This document shows positions 41,723-51,637 of a stretch of DNA of 64,000 nucleotides, piece by piece. The DNA lies in sequence record OZ335960.1; one strand, 5' to 3'. This DNA comes from a phage. Every line of letters begins with the position of its first letter. Within the stretch, counting starts at the first letter, position 1. The translations under genes and the position numbers were made by a program. The notes under the pieces were generated by a model. It searched no databases. It saw only the letters and a program-made list of their open reading frames with translations, and was not told the DNA's origin.

Positions 41723-43540
41723 CTACTGGCTCATCCATTCTTTACGAAGGTCAGCATTATCTCCCATGAGCATTTCAAAAAGCTCTTTCCAGTTCTCAGG
41801 AAGTTTAACAACATCATATACCGGGTTTTGAATCATCTCACGATATTCAGATTTTTCCAAAGAGCCAAGTCCCTTAATATAACGGATGCTATGTTTAGGT
41901 AGAGCATCTTTGGCACTCTCATATTCAGCGACTGTATAAAACCATTCTTGTTTTTTACCGACCTGGGCGATGATTACAGGAGTTTTGACGAAACGAATTC
42001 TTCCTTGTTCAAACAGTTCTGGCCAATTACTAAAAAATCCGAGCAGAGAAGGATAAATGCTTCCTAGACCATCGTGGTCAGCATCGGTCATAATAGCAAT
42101 ATTATGATAATTCAAGTTTTCAGCTTTTTCACCAAGAACTAATCCAGTGATTGCGCAAATATCAAATAGTTCTTTGTTTTTAAGCATATCAGCATATGAC
42201 ATACCCCAGCTATTAAGAACTTTACCACGCAATGGATAACCACCATGAAGTTCTTTATCACGAACATCAATAAGATATCCGATAGCAGAATCACCCTCAG
42301 TCAAGAAAAGAGTAGTATCAGCATCTTTACCGCAAAGATTCGCTTTAATGTGTTTATGAACCTTAGCTTTAGAAGCCTTTTTAGCTGCTTTAGTTTCTGC
42401 TGCCTTTTCTGCCGCCAATTTACGAGCCAAGGCAGCTTCAATAATTGGCATTAAAATTGCTTCATTATTTAAAATAGCACGTGAAATCTTTTTAGCATCA
42501 AGCTGAATATGACTACGAATTTCACCAAATGGAGAAGTCAAACGCTCTTTAGTCTGAGAATCAAATCGCATGTTTTTCATATCACGAACAAACATAACGA
42601 TAGTCAAACATTCTTTAACCCGTGCTTTAGTTACATCAATTTTAAACTTGCGTTTGATTTGTGGAATAAGGTCTTCACAAATATCATCCATAACGCAGTC
42701 AATGTGATGGCCACCATTCTTAGTATGAATGTTATTGACGTATGTTAATTGACGAAAACCATCCGGTGAACGACCGACTGCAATAGAACAGTTTTCCTGT
42801 TCTTGAACGATAGCATGCTCATCATATTGGCGTGCATATTTCTTAAAATTACCCTGAACCTTTTTACCATTAAAGGTAAATTGAATATCAGGATAAACTA
42901 CTGCAAGTGTCTGGAGACGATCCAGTGTAATGTCAAGATAAACTTGAGATAGCTCATTAGTTTCAAATGACATAAAATCAGGAATGAAAGTAACACGAGT
43001 TCCTTTCCATTTTCCAGGAATAGTTTCCCATGATTTATTTTCCATGCCATTTGAACAACGAACTACAATATTATTTTGACCGTCGCCAGTTTCACCGACA
43101 AACATCACAGAAAAAATGTTAGTTAAACTAGAACCAACACCGTTCATACCGCCAGTGACGCGTTCTTTATCATCACCAAAGTTACCACCTGCTTTTGGAA
43201 TAGTCCATGCAGCAACAGGACCAGGAATTTCTTCACCAGTAGGTGTTTTAACCATCGCTTGCGGAATACCACGACCGTTATCTTCAACTGTTACTTGATT
43301 GTTTTTGATAGTAACATTAATTTTATTCGCGAATTTAAACTTAGTACGAATACCTTCATCTACTGAGTTATCGATAATTTCATCAATAAGCTTAACAAGA
43401 CCAGGTACATACTGAACACTTTCCCATTTACCAAACAGAAAGCGCTCATGCATTTCATTAGCAGAAGAACCAATGTACATGCCGCTACGCTTTTTGATAT
43501 GTTCAATATCGCTCAGAATTTTAATTTCATTCTTAATCAT
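41723..43540 (-). CDS. 39: DNA topoisomerase II large subunit gp39, unsplit (covers T4 genes 39 and 60)
   Basis: Track ORF starts at GTG; ATG 43540 with GAGGA RBS gives 605 aa; GHKL ATPase N-terminus, TOPRIM C-terminus; the C-terminal 120 aa match recalled T4 gp60 without the bypass segment. Confidence 0.9.
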   Translation of the reverse strand: MIKNEIKILSDIEHIKKRSGMYIGSSANEMHERFLFGKWESVQYVPGLVKLIDEIIDNSVDEGIRTKFKFANKINVTIKNNQVTVEDNGRGIPQAMVKTPTGEEIPGPVAAWTIPKAGGNFGDDKERVTGGMNGVGSSLTNIFSVMFVGETGDGQNNIVVRCSNGMENKSWETIPGKWKGTRVTFIPDFMSFETNELSQVYLDITLDRLQTLAVVYPDIQFTFNGKKVQGNFKKYARQYDEHAIVQEQENCSIAVGRSPDGFRQLTYVNNIHTKNGGHHIDCVMDDICEDLIPQIKRKFKIDVTKARVKECLTIVMFVRDMKNMRFDSQTKERLTSPFGEIRSHIQLDAKKISRAILNNEAILMPIIEAALARKLAAEKAAETKAAKKASKAKVHKHIKANLCGKDADTTLFLTEGDSAIGYLIDVRDKELHGGYPLRGKVLNSWGMSYADMLKNKELFDICAITGLVLGEKAENLNYHNIAIMTDADHDGLGSIYPSLLGFFSNWPELFEQGRIRFVKTPVIIAQVGKKQEWFYTVAEYESAKDALPKHSIRYIKGLGSLEKSEYREMIQNPVYDVVKLPENWKELFEMLMGDNADLRKEWMSQ

Positions 43541-43609
43541 CACTTATCCTCGTTTGGTTTCGGGAATATTATACTCCGGTAATCATAAAGCTAAAGGCCC
43601 GAAGGCCTT

Positions 43610-43882
43610 TTATTTAAAACGGATAGTCGAATCCTTGAAGAATAGACCAGAACATACGGTTCCTTCTACTTTCTGCCCGGTAGGTCCAATAGCACGAAAT
43701 CCAGTATGTTGGAAATCATTTTCAGAGCAACCGAACCAATTGTATCCAGTGATTTCAATATTAGTAAAACCGCTTGAAGACAAAACTTTGGTTGCATTAT
43801 CAGCATCAGTACATCCTGCTAAAGACACTGCTAATACTAATGCCGCGATAGAACGATTAACATATTTCATAATTTCACTCAA
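43610..43882 (-). CDS. putative lipoprotein
   Basis: ORF track 90 aa; signal peptide with lipobox (LAGCTD); start may be the internal ATG 43870. Confidence 0.5.
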   Translation of the reverse strand: MSEIMKYVNRSIAALVLAVSLAGCTDADNATKVLSSSGFTNIEITGYNWFGCSENDFQHTGFRAIGPTGQKVEGTVCSGLFFKDSTIRFK

Positions 43883-44246
43883 ATTTAATGGCTTGAAGGA
43901 GACTAATAATTCTTAAACGGCTTCTTTCATCTTTAACCGTAAAAGAAAGAGGGTCGCCAGATTTCATAGTGATAGTGCATTCAAAACTAAAATCTTCAGG
44001 AACTTCTTCGAAGAAGTCAAATTCTTCATCATATATTAGAACATTACTCTGAAAACTGTGAAGAATTTTTCCGTCATTTCCAGATGCTGTACTAATCATT
44101 GTAACATTATTACCTTTCATATCTTCAACGATAAATTCGCTTGTAGATATTACGGCATTAATAGAACCATTCCTATAAATAGAAGAAAGCAGATATTTCT
44201 TTTCTTCACCTTCACGAATGCGATATTTCTTACCGATTTTAAACAT
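43875..44246 (-). CDS. hypothetical protein
   Basis: Track ORF (GTG at 44252) trimmed to ATG 44246. Confidence 0.45.
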   Translation of the reverse strand: MFKIGKKYRIREGEEKKYLLSSIYRNGSINAVISTSEFIVEDMKGNNVTMISTASGNDGKILHSFQSNVLIYDEEFDFFEEVPEDFSFECTITMKSGDPLSFTVKDERSRLRIISLLQAIKFE

Positions 44247-44248
44247 AA

Positions 44249-44425
44249 TCACCCTTTAAGTAAGTCATAAAATCCGCCATTCACATGCTTAGGAGCAGAA
44301 GGCCGACGAGTAGACAGACGATGGCATTTAGGGCAAACATCATTTTCTCGTTCAGAAATCTTTTTAATTTTTTCGTATTCATGCCCGCAATCTTCGGATT
44401 GGCATTTATAATCATACATTGGCAT
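44249..44425 (-). CDS. FmdB-like zinc-ribbon protein (below track cutoff)
   Basis: Hand translation MPMYDYKCQSEDCGHEYEKIKKISERENDVCPKCHRL... 58 aa; CxxxxC and CxxC pairs. Confidence 0.4.
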   Translation of the reverse strand: MPMYDYKCQSEDCGHEYEKIKKISERENDVCPKCHRLSTRRPSAPKHVNGGFYDLLKG

Positions 44426-44427
44426 AA

Positions 44428-44847
44428 TTATTCCTTAAAGTGTGCTTTCAACATCTGATACAAGGACCATGCCTGTTCATTATTTTCAATAGTAACTTTC
44501 ATGACAGGAAATTCTGTGAAATCTTCTATTTGTTCTTGCTCTTCCTGCTCTTGCTCTTCAGATGCCTGATATGGATTTTCAACTTCATCAAAGAACTCAG
44601 CTTCGTTAGTAGAGAGCCAGATAAAGTTTTCGTCAAGGATATCACCATGTGTTGCATATCCAACTGTGCCAGTAGATGTCACAATTTTAGTAGGACGACC
44701 AAGATGGTCAACATCTAAAATTTTAAAAGGATGCATACCTAAACGGCGTGCATAGATTCCGTTATCAGTATGGTCTTTAATAAAATTTTCTTGAGCTTGT
44801 TTATTTTTAAATTGATACCATTTATTAACTTCAAATCTAATAGCCAT
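44428..44847 (-). CDS. hypothetical protein with acidic EQEQEEQEQ tract
   Basis: ORF track 139 aa. Confidence 0.5.
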   Translation of the reverse strand: MAIRFEVNKWYQFKNKQAQENFIKDHTDNGIYARRLGMHPFKILDVDHLGRPTKIVTSTGTVGYATHGDILDENFIWLSTNEAEFFDEVENPYQASEEQEQEEQEQIEDFTEFPVMKVTIENNEQAWSLYQMLKAHFKE

Positions 44848-45062
44848 TAATAAATTTCCTTCCAGTAAGTTGTGCCATCTTCAGTAATTTCACGGAATAC
44901 ACCGTAAATTGGTTGTTTATCGCCGGCTTTCTCATACACATAAACCGAAGTCAAGTGAGTAAACTTAACAGTATGTTCCTTTTGAACTACTACCAAATCT
45001 GGATCGAATAATACATCTTCAAATTCGTCATTAGTGCAGTTCTGAACAATTTTACGTTTCAT
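44847..45062 (-). CDS. hypothetical protein
   Basis: ORF track 71 aa. Confidence 0.45.
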   Translation of the reverse strand: MKRKIVQNCTNDEFEDVLFDPDLVVVQKEHTVKFTHLTSVYVYEKAGDKQPIYGVFREITEDGTTYWKEIY

Positions 45063-45075
45063 TACAATTTCCTCA

Positions 45076-45357
45076 TTAATTGAACAGTGGAGCGATGCGT
45101 TTCAGAAGAGTGGCAGCACCTTTGGCGAATTTTACATCATGAAAAACAGTTTCTTCTTCCGTTACAACACGAACTTTAATGTTTTCACAATCCCAATTTT
45201 TACGAACAATCTTCAAAAGCTGCAGTAAATCTTTACATTCAGCAATATCGATAACACATCCACGAGAATCTTCCATTATCGCACGATAACCGTAAGCCAT
45301 ACCATAATCGTTGAAAGATTGTTCGATGATAATTAAGTTTTCCATTTTATTCTCCAA
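45076..45357 (-). CDS. hypothetical protein
   Basis: ORF track 93 aa; degenerate early-promoter copy upstream. Confidence 0.45.
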   Translation of the reverse strand: MENKMENLIIIEQSFNDYGMAYGYRAIMEDSRGCVIDIAECKDLLQLLKIVRKNWDCENIKVRVVTEEETVFHDVKFAKGAATLLKRIAPLFN

Positions 45358-45442
45358 ATTGTTTTCTGTATCAGTAGTTGATATTGATATAGTACCATAA
45401 TCAACTACTGATGTATATAGTTTTATGAAAAAATTTTAAACT

Positions 45443-45940
45443 TTATGCACAGCGGGCTTTGCTATAGTGTTTAATCCAACTTTCTGGAATGACTTTGTAT
45501 GTTCCTAAAAATACCGCGTTGTACAACTTAACGCCATCTTCTACCCACTGATCGGTAATGTATGCACACATAGCGCGAGTACGGTGTTTTTGAACAACCC
45601 CTTCCTCATCTTCAGTAAATTCGAATTCATAAGGAGCAACGAACTTAATAGCTTGACCGAGTTTCCACTTAAAGTCTACGCCTACATGCGAAGTATCAAT
45701 CGTTTCAATTCCTTTAGCAGGAACAGCTTTCAAAAACGCAGACTCAATAAATTTCGCACGAACATAGCCAAACTGAGGTTTAGATTTTCCATCTTTAGGA
45801 ATGATACGCACTTTTACTTCAGAATCTTCATCTTTAACACCGTGTTTAAGCTGAATGCTTACAATTTCAACCAATTTTCCTGCTGCTTTAGAACGGGATT
45901 TATCAGATACACGAGCAATTTCACCAATATTAATAATCAT
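45443..45940 (-). CDS. hypothetical protein, paralog A (motB-region)
   Basis: ORF track 165 aa; C-terminal motif C.YITDQWVEDGVKLYNAV shared with the 46017-46559 ORF. Confidence 0.5.
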   Translation of the reverse strand: MIINIGEIARVSDKSRSKAAGKLVEIVSIQLKHGVKDEDSEVKVRIIPKDGKSKPQFGYVRAKFIESAFLKAVPAKGIETIDTSHVGVDFKWKLGQAIKFVAPYEFEFTEDEEGVVQKHRTRAMCAYITDQWVEDGVKLYNAVFLGTYKVIPESWIKHYSKARCA

Positions 45941-46016
45941 AGTTATCTCTCACTTGTTAAAAAGATTTTATACTCCACGGGACCATTATACTCTGGTCCC
46001 AAGAGTTTGTAAACTA

Positions 46017-46559
46017 TTAATTCAAAATAGCTACCACTGCACTACGAGGTACTACGCTAAAATCGCCTGCATGAACCACGTTCAGAAGTTCAACACCATC
46101 TTCAATCCACTGGTCTGTTACCCAACCACAGACCGAAACAAATGGAGTCTTAATAGCTACTGCACGAGTCAAAAGGTCAGTAGGATCGCATTCTTGGAAG
46201 AGGATAAGCTCTGCTTCAAAGACTATAGTTTTAATTACTTCATCATTATCTAAGCGTTGTGCTCGAATCACATAAGCTTTATTCTTATCATACCAATTAC
46301 TTTTTGAAAAACTTTTAACCACAAACTCGCCTTCACCAAAAACACTAGTCAATGCTTTATAACCCAAACTTAGTTCAGTAGTTTTAATTTCGGTTTCAAC
46401 CAGTTTGTAGGTTTTGCCAATTTCGATGGTCCGAGCAGTCATAAAGGTTTCCTTAATTTCCAGTGGTTTAACAGGGCATACATAAGTGCTTAAAACATCA
46501 AAATCAATCAATTTAGCTACCGGATTTGGTGTGTATTCAGGATTATAATTAAATTTCAT
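46017..46559 (-). CDS. hypothetical protein, paralog B
   Basis: ORF track 180 aa; C-terminal motif CGWVTDQWIEDGVELLNVV. Confidence 0.5.
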   Translation of the reverse strand: MKFNYNPEYTPNPVAKLIDFDVLSTYVCPVKPLEIKETFMTARTIEIGKTYKLVETEIKTTELSLGYKALTSVFGEGEFVVKSFSKSNWYDKNKAYVIRAQRLDNDEVIKTIVFEAELILFQECDPTDLLTRAVAIKTPFVSVCGWVTDQWIEDGVELLNVVHAGDFSVVPRSAVVAILN

Positions 46560-47062
46560 AATTGTCTCATTTCAATAAAATCTACAAGTTCAGCATGGGA
46601 TTTACGGAACATTACTTGGTGTCCGCCAATGATAACTTCATCTTCAGGAACTTCGTATATAGCGAGATAAAATCCTTTAGAAGATAATTCTTCACGCTCT
46701 TCTCGTGTGAACCATCTCATCATATCATATTCGCTAGCGAAAGCAAAATGATAAAGAGCTATAAACCATCCTGGAATATGATATTCTACTCCAACATAAT
46801 CTTTCTTGAACTTAGTATTAATTACTATATTAGCGTTTTTAACTAATAGTTTATCTTCATGTGGTACAGGAATTCTTTTATTATCATCACTATGATGCAT
46901 AAAATTAGGTCTGCTATAACCTACCCGTAATAGCCACTCTTCGCTCCATGAATCTATTATACTCCTGTATGGCGTTATTTGAACACAAAGATTTCGACGT
47001 ATTGTTATAGCATCTTCATAATCAAGAATACTAAACGATGATTCAACACGATAAATTTTCAT
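46556..47062 (-). CDS. hypothetical protein
   Basis: Track ORF (TTG at 47101) trimmed to ATG 47062 with GAGGA RBS, placing it downstream of the early promoter at 47090-47118. Confidence 0.45.
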   Translation of the reverse strand: MKIYRVESSFSILDYEDAITIRRNLCVQITPYRSIIDSWSEEWLLRVGYSRPNFMHHSDDNKRIPVPHEDKLLVKNANIVINTKFKKDYVGVEYHIPGWFIALYHFAFASEYDMMRWFTREEREELSSKGFYLAIYEVPEDEVIIGGHQVMFRKSHAELVDFIEMRQL

Positions 47063-47089
47063 TTTATTATCCTCAGTAGCTATGGTGTT

Positions 47090-47118
47090 ATAATACCACA
47101 ACTAACCGAGGAAGTAAA
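47090..47118 (-). promoter_or_regulatory. T4-type early promoter
   Basis: Minus strand GTTTACT, 17 nt, TATTAT directly downstream of the dexA stop. Confidence 0.5.
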
Positions 47119-47125
47119 CAACTTT

Positions 47126-47809
47126 TTATCGTTTTGTTGGAAGGGAAAGAGGATCGCACTCTTCCTCTGACGGAGCATCTTCAAGACCCATAGCATATCG
47201 CAAAGCATACTTCATCATCAGGATGTCTTTCGCACAGTCATGAATAGAATCATGTGCAACGAATCCGTCTAAAGTTCCCTTTGGAAGAGGACATGTGGTC
47301 ATATCACGAACAAGCAGAAGTGCTTCAATTCTTGTACGGATATCACGCTGATTCCAGAATTTACAAGGTTCTAACTTAAACGTATCAAGCTCATTCTCGG
47401 AAACGCCGTTAAGACGTTGAATATCACGAATGAGATCAACTAAAATTGGAAAATCAAACGACATTCCACGACACCAGCCTTGAGATTTCCAAGGATCGAT
47501 ATTATGCGCATTGATGTAATCATTAAATTTTGCAATACCATCGATAGTGCTTACATCTTCATCTGATGGCGCAATATTTTTTCGAGCTTCAGGAGATTGA
47601 TTTTTCCACCATTCGATAGTGCTTTTAGTAAAAAGACGATGTCCTTTTTGGCTTTTTAAATCAAACTTGATTTTAATGCCGCGTGAAACTAATTCATCAA
47701 ATGTTTCAACTACTTCTGGATTAGGGTCAAAGGCAATAACAGCCAAATCAATAACAGCTGCCTTTTCACCGCTTCCCATTGTTTCAAAATCTATAATAAA
47801 ATCAAACAT
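47126..47809 (-). CDS. dexA: exonuclease A (DEDD 3'-5' exonuclease)
   Basis: 227 aa; Exo I motif IIDFETMG. Confidence 0.9.
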   Translation of the reverse strand: MFDFIIDFETMGSGEKAAVIDLAVIAFDPNPEVVETFDELVSRGIKIKFDLKSQKGHRLFTKSTIEWWKNQSPEARKNIAPSDEDVSTIDGIAKFNDYINAHNIDPWKSQGWCRGMSFDFPILVDLIRDIQRLNGVSENELDTFKLEPCKFWNQRDIRTRIEALLLVRDMTTCPLPKGTLDGFVAHDSIHDCAKDILMMKYALRYAMGLEDAPSEEECDPLSLPTKR

Positions 47810-48084
47810 TAAATTTTCCTCGCTAAATCGCGAATTTGACCTACAGTATAATCTTGGATATAAACTTTATTAATGGGCTCATCAATAAATTTTGCCATAG
47901 ATTCAATATCTTTTTGTATCTCTTCAAGACTGTATACTATCTTTAAAGCTTTTTCGCGAATAGTAACATTATCAGGTCCTGGATTTTCTTGAATGACAGC
48001 TTTAACATTTGCCATAAGAGATTTAAACTGATGCAAACTTAATTCAATCATTAATAACCGCCTTATAAAGATGGCTAATTTCAC
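47809..48084 (-). CDS. hypothetical protein
   Basis: ORF track 91 aa. Confidence 0.45.
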   Translation of the reverse strand: MKLAIFIRRLLMIELSLHQFKSLMANVKAVIQENPGPDNVTIREKALKIVYSLEEIQKDIESMAKFIDEPINKVYIQDYTVGQIRDLARKI

Positions 48085-48304
48085 CTAAAACATAATCACT
48101 GATTGTGACAGTTTTCACTTCACCACAAAAGAATTCTAACGCAATCAAATCTCGTTCAATTTCTTCCAATTGAAGCATTAACTTGCCTGATTCAATTTTC
48201 ACGTTTTTGCGATTTTTACTATAAGCTATTTCATAAATTTCGCTCACTTTATCTTGAAGTAGATAAAACTGATCTTTAGTTATTTCCACGAATAGCTTCC
48301 TCAA
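48044..48304 (-). CDS. hypothetical protein
   Basis: ORF track 86 aa. Confidence 0.4.
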   Translation of the reverse strand: MRKLFVEITKDQFYLLQDKVSEIYEIAYSKNRKNVKIESGKLMLQLEEIERDLIALEFFCGEVKTVTISDYVLGEISHLYKAVIND

Positions 48305-48536
48305 ATTTAATTAGTAATTTACAGACACTTTCATCTAGCGTAATTACCGTGTCTGTATTACTGTGATATGATTGTTTTTCAATTCGTTTAATTGCTAGTA
48401 TAGTATCACTTATAAGATTAAGCTTATAAAGGAGCTCAGCTCCTGTTACCATAACACTGAGGTTATCTTGCTTATCAGTATGCTTCTTTATACCATCTAT
48501 TAGACGATTTAAATATTTTGAATTGATGTTAATCAT
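48276..48536 (-). CDS. hypothetical protein
   Basis: ORF track 86 aa. Confidence 0.4.
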   Translation of the reverse strand: MININSKYLNRLIDGIKKHTDKQDNLSVMVTGAELLYKLNLISDTILAIKRIEKQSYHSNTDTVITLDESVCKLLIKFEEAIRGNN

Positions 48537-48542
48537 ATATCC

Positions 48543-49862
48543 TCACACATAAAACACATCATAACGACCACGAGTGACACCAACATAAAGAAGCTGCTGA
48601 GCCAATTCAGCGTCTGCATAATGAATACAAGGCGTATAGATGAAAGCACGGTCTACAGACATGCCCTGAGCTTTATGGAATGTTGATGCAGGAAGTGCTT
48701 TCACTTTACTAAACTGTGATTTAGCATCCCAAAAATCACTCCACGGAGCTTTTCCACCTTTATTCCAATTTTTATACGTTTCTGCCGTTTTACCTAAAAA
48801 TAAGTTAAACTTATACAGCTCTTCATCAGATGAAATTATTTTAATCTTTTCACGATAATATTCATCATCGCCGTAAGTTTCTACTGTTAAATCCCAATGA
48901 CGAATTAGATATTCTCCAGAAACACCACGAGCTTTAACAAATGTTGATGTATACTCTGCTTCTATAATACGAACTAATTGTCCGTTATTAAAAATAATTT
49001 CTGACACAGGCTTTCCATCAATTTTATATGTTTTAATTAATGGTTCCTGCATTACAATAATTTCACCAACGATAAAATCTTTATCAGTTTCAAAAATCTT
49101 TTTGCGAATAATGCTATTTAACTTGTCGACAGATTTATTCGTAAATGCCATTACGCGATTTTCAAACAAATCATCTAGCGATTTTACGATTGAAAAATAA
49201 TTTACCATAAAATCGCGTAAAGCGGTATCACCAGTAAATCCACGTACTCCATGCCCGTCAACAACTTTATCATAAATCCACTTACCGTTGCGAACATCAG
49301 TAGCTACATCAATAATAGGAGCATTACTGCGTTTAACTTCAGTGAGTTCACACTGATAAAAATCTTTATGCGTAAAGAATGGACTGATATAAGCAGTGTT
49401 TTCTCCTGGGTCAACAGGTCTAATTTGCTTATTATCGCCTATTCCAATTATAGTACACCACGGCGGGATAGTTGAAAGCAGAATTTTAAATAGCTTTCTA
49501 TCATACATTGACACTTCGTCGCAGATTAATACTCTACATTTAGCTAAATCTGGTACTTCTTTTTGTTCAAAAAGAACGTTTTCTTCATATGTTACTGGGT
49601 TAATTTTAAGAATACTGTGAATAGTACTCGCTTCTTTCCCTGATAGTTTTGAAAGAATCTTTTTAGCCGCATGTGTAGGAGCTGCTAAAATAATGCCAGT
49701 TTCGCCTGTAGATATTAAGGCTTCAATGATGAACTTAGTAAGAGTAGTCTTACCAGTACCAGCAGGTCCATTAATAGTTACATGATGTTTCTTTTCTTTA
49801 ATAGCCCTCATAACTATGTTAAAGGCATTTTTCTGACCTTCTGTCAAATCATCAAATGTCAT
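48543..49862 (-). CDS. dda: Dda SF1B DNA helicase
   Basis: 439 aa; Walker A GPAGTGKT, Walker B CDEVSM. Confidence 0.95.
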   Translation of the reverse strand: MTFDDLTEGQKNAFNIVMRAIKEKKHHVTINGPAGTGKTTLTKFIIEALISTGETGIILAAPTHAAKKILSKLSGKEASTIHSILKINPVTYEENVLFEQKEVPDLAKCRVLICDEVSMYDRKLFKILLSTIPPWCTIIGIGDNKQIRPVDPGENTAYISPFFTHKDFYQCELTEVKRSNAPIIDVATDVRNGKWIYDKVVDGHGVRGFTGDTALRDFMVNYFSIVKSLDDLFENRVMAFTNKSVDKLNSIIRKKIFETDKDFIVGEIIVMQEPLIKTYKIDGKPVSEIIFNNGQLVRIIEAEYTSTFVKARGVSGEYLIRHWDLTVETYGDDEYYREKIKIISSDEELYKFNLFLGKTAETYKNWNKGGKAPWSDFWDAKSQFSKVKALPASTFHKAQGMSVDRAFIYTPCIHYADAELAQQLLYVGVTRGRYDVFYV

Positions 49863-50170
49863 CGTAAATTCCCTGCAATTGGTATACTAACAATACGCCC
49901 AGTATCTAAAATTCGCCGATATAATCTTTGCGTGTCTACATCAGGCTTAACATGTTTAACTTCTATTTTATTAAACCAAAACTTGCGTGGAGTCTCAACT
50001 AATCTCGGAATTCCCATACCTAAAGCTAGTCGATACTGCTCTTTAAGAGTGGTAAATACTTTATCAGCAATCTCCCTTTCAAAAAATACAGCAGGGCGAT
50101 GTTCATCAAGCGGAACTGGCACCGCAAATCCATCTTTATCTCTATACACTATCGCATATACATAAAACAT
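49859..50170 (-). CDS. hypothetical protein (dda.1 position)
   Basis: ORF track 103 aa. Confidence 0.45.
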   Translation of the reverse strand: MFYVYAIVYRDKDGFAVPVPLDEHRPAVFFEREIADKVFTTLKEQYRLALGMGIPRLVETPRKFWFNKIEVKHVKPDVDTQRLYRRILDTGRIVSIPIAGNLR

Positions 50171-50171
50171 A

Positions 50172-50918
50172 TTATCCTCGGATAAGTTTAAAAATTGAAC
50201 AATTTAGCGGGTATCCTCTTTTCAGTTTAAGTTTATCAATAAAAGACAAGTTTTGATACCGCTCTACACCTTGAATAATTTTATCACACATGTCATATTG
50301 CATTTCTGCTTCTGACAACTTTTTCACAGTTTTCCAATCAGAGCCTTTAAGAAGAACGTTCAATTTAACAACTTCAGTGCCTTCTGCTATACGAGAACCA
50401 TCAATACGAGCTTTGAGTGCTACAATCGTTAGCTTAACGTCAGAGGTCTGTTTTGATTTAGAAAGCTGAGAAATGTGTTCAATTCGGTTTTCACGTTTTT
50501 TCTGTATAGCTTTAATTTGATTATAAGTCTTTTTGATTTTAGCCCATTTCTTTTCATCTAAATTTAGTTTATGAACTTTTTTCGCAGATGAACGACCAAT
50601 TCGCAAAGCAAATAAATCACGCTTTTCAATCAACTCTTCTAAAGTATAATCAGAACGAAATGTATTGTACTTTTTCTTTACTGCAATAACATTCCCTTTA
50701 ATGTATCCAACGTTATTATCAAAACGTTCTAATGATAATTTCTCTCCTTCAATACGATTATCAAAAGGTTCTCCCGAGTAAGCGCAAACTTTCTGATCTA
50801 AAATGTTCTTAATGTAATTGAAGTCTAAGTTAAAATCTTTAGAACGTCTTTTAGCAGATGCCTGAGTGTGCTCTAGACGACGTGTAATTTTACGAATTTG
50901 ATTTTTAGACAGTTTCAT
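50172..50918 (-). CDS. srd: Srd-position protein (positional assignment only)
   Basis: 248 aa ORF between dda and modA, preceded by an early promoter; basic and lysine-rich; identity not verified. Confidence 0.4.
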   Translation of the reverse strand: MKLSKNQIRKITRRLEHTQASAKRRSKDFNLDFNYIKNILDQKVCAYSGEPFDNRIEGEKLSLERFDNNVGYIKGNVIAVKKKYNTFRSDYTLEELIEKRDLFALRIGRSSAKKVHKLNLDEKKWAKIKKTYNQIKAIQKKRENRIEHISQLSKSKQTSDVKLTIVALKARIDGSRIAEGTEVVKLNVLLKGSDWKTVKKLSEAEMQYDMCDKIIQGVERYQNLSFIDKLKLKRGYPLNCSIFKLIRG

Positions 50919-50948
50919 ATTTTTCTCACGGACGGGTTAACTACTTAT

Positions 50949-50977
50949 ACTATAACATTTTTACTTCAGCTTGTAAA
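50949..50977 (-). promoter_or_regulatory. T4-type early promoter upstream of the srd-position ORF
   Basis: Minus strand GTTTACA, 17 nt, TATAGT. Confidence 0.55.
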
Positions 50978-50992
50978 CAACTTTATGAAAAA

Positions 50993-51017
50993 TGCTTTAA
51001 AACTTTCATGGTATAAT
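50993..51017 (+). promoter_or_regulatory. plus-strand MotA-box middle-promoter-like element pointing antisense into modA
   Basis: Plus strand TGCTTTA, 12 nt, TATAAT; no plus-strand ORF downstream. Confidence 0.3.
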
Positions 51018-51034
51018 GAATCTAAGTCCTTCCA

Positions 51035-51637
51035 TTATAGATTAAATCCTTCAAAGTCAAGAGTATAGATAGTGTATGTTGAATACTTTTTATACTCATA
51101 TCTATCCGCAATTCTAAATACACTTCCAGCCGGTATCATTACTTCTTGTTCATCTGAAACTAATTCCATATTACGATAGCGATGGCTATCTGGAAACTTA
51201 AAACTCGGACTATATTCTTTACAACGTAGAGCTTTTATAGCATACTCCTGGAAATTAAACACCATAGGAGCTTTGAATTCAAAAATAACTTGTGTGTTGT
51301 ATTCTAATCCAGAAGCAAAATGTAGAGCTATATTTTTATCATATGAAGCTGATACTACTTTATCAAATGTAATAATATCAATTCCTTGATTTAACACCTG
51401 TTTAGTCTCAACTGGAACACCTCTCCAAAGAGGTTTATCGTTTGGAACCAAACGAGATTTGATTATTTCATTTAACCAAGAATGATCGTCTGGCTTATTA
51501 GTAATACAATGAATTAAAAGTTCAATTTCGGATAAATTAAATCCTTCAGAAAGTAATTCTTCACGAATAGAAGCACGCACCGATGCATCCATTGATTTGA
51601 TTTTAAAATCTTTTAATTGCATTGCTGAATATTTCAT
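51035..51637 (-). CDS. modA: ADP-ribosyltransferase ModA
   Basis: 200 aa; R-S-E type ART signature (LWRG, SAS, EQEVMIP). Confidence 0.8.
   Translation of the reverse strand: MKYSAMQLKDFKIKSMDASVRASIREELLSEGFNLSEIELLIHCITNKPDDHSWLNEIIKSRLVPNDKPLWRGVPVETKQVLNQGIDIITFDKVVSASYDKNIALHFASGLEYNTQVIFEFKAPMVFNFQEYAIKALRCKEYSPSFKFPDSHRYRNMELVSDEQEVMIPAGSVFRIADRYEYKKYSTYTIYTLDFEGFNL

Noticed and set aside
43610-47101. Assigning goF, cef and motB names to ORFs in the 39-dexA region
   Set aside because: Only length and position are suggestive (139 aa, 71 aa, 165 aa); I cannot recall the sequences well enough to name them.
50172-50918. HNH homing endonuclease in the srd-position ORF, prompted by C.Y.G...ERFDNN...GN pattern
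   Set aside because: The catalytic His-His and metal-binding residues of the HNH motif are not present; the resemblance is too weak to call.
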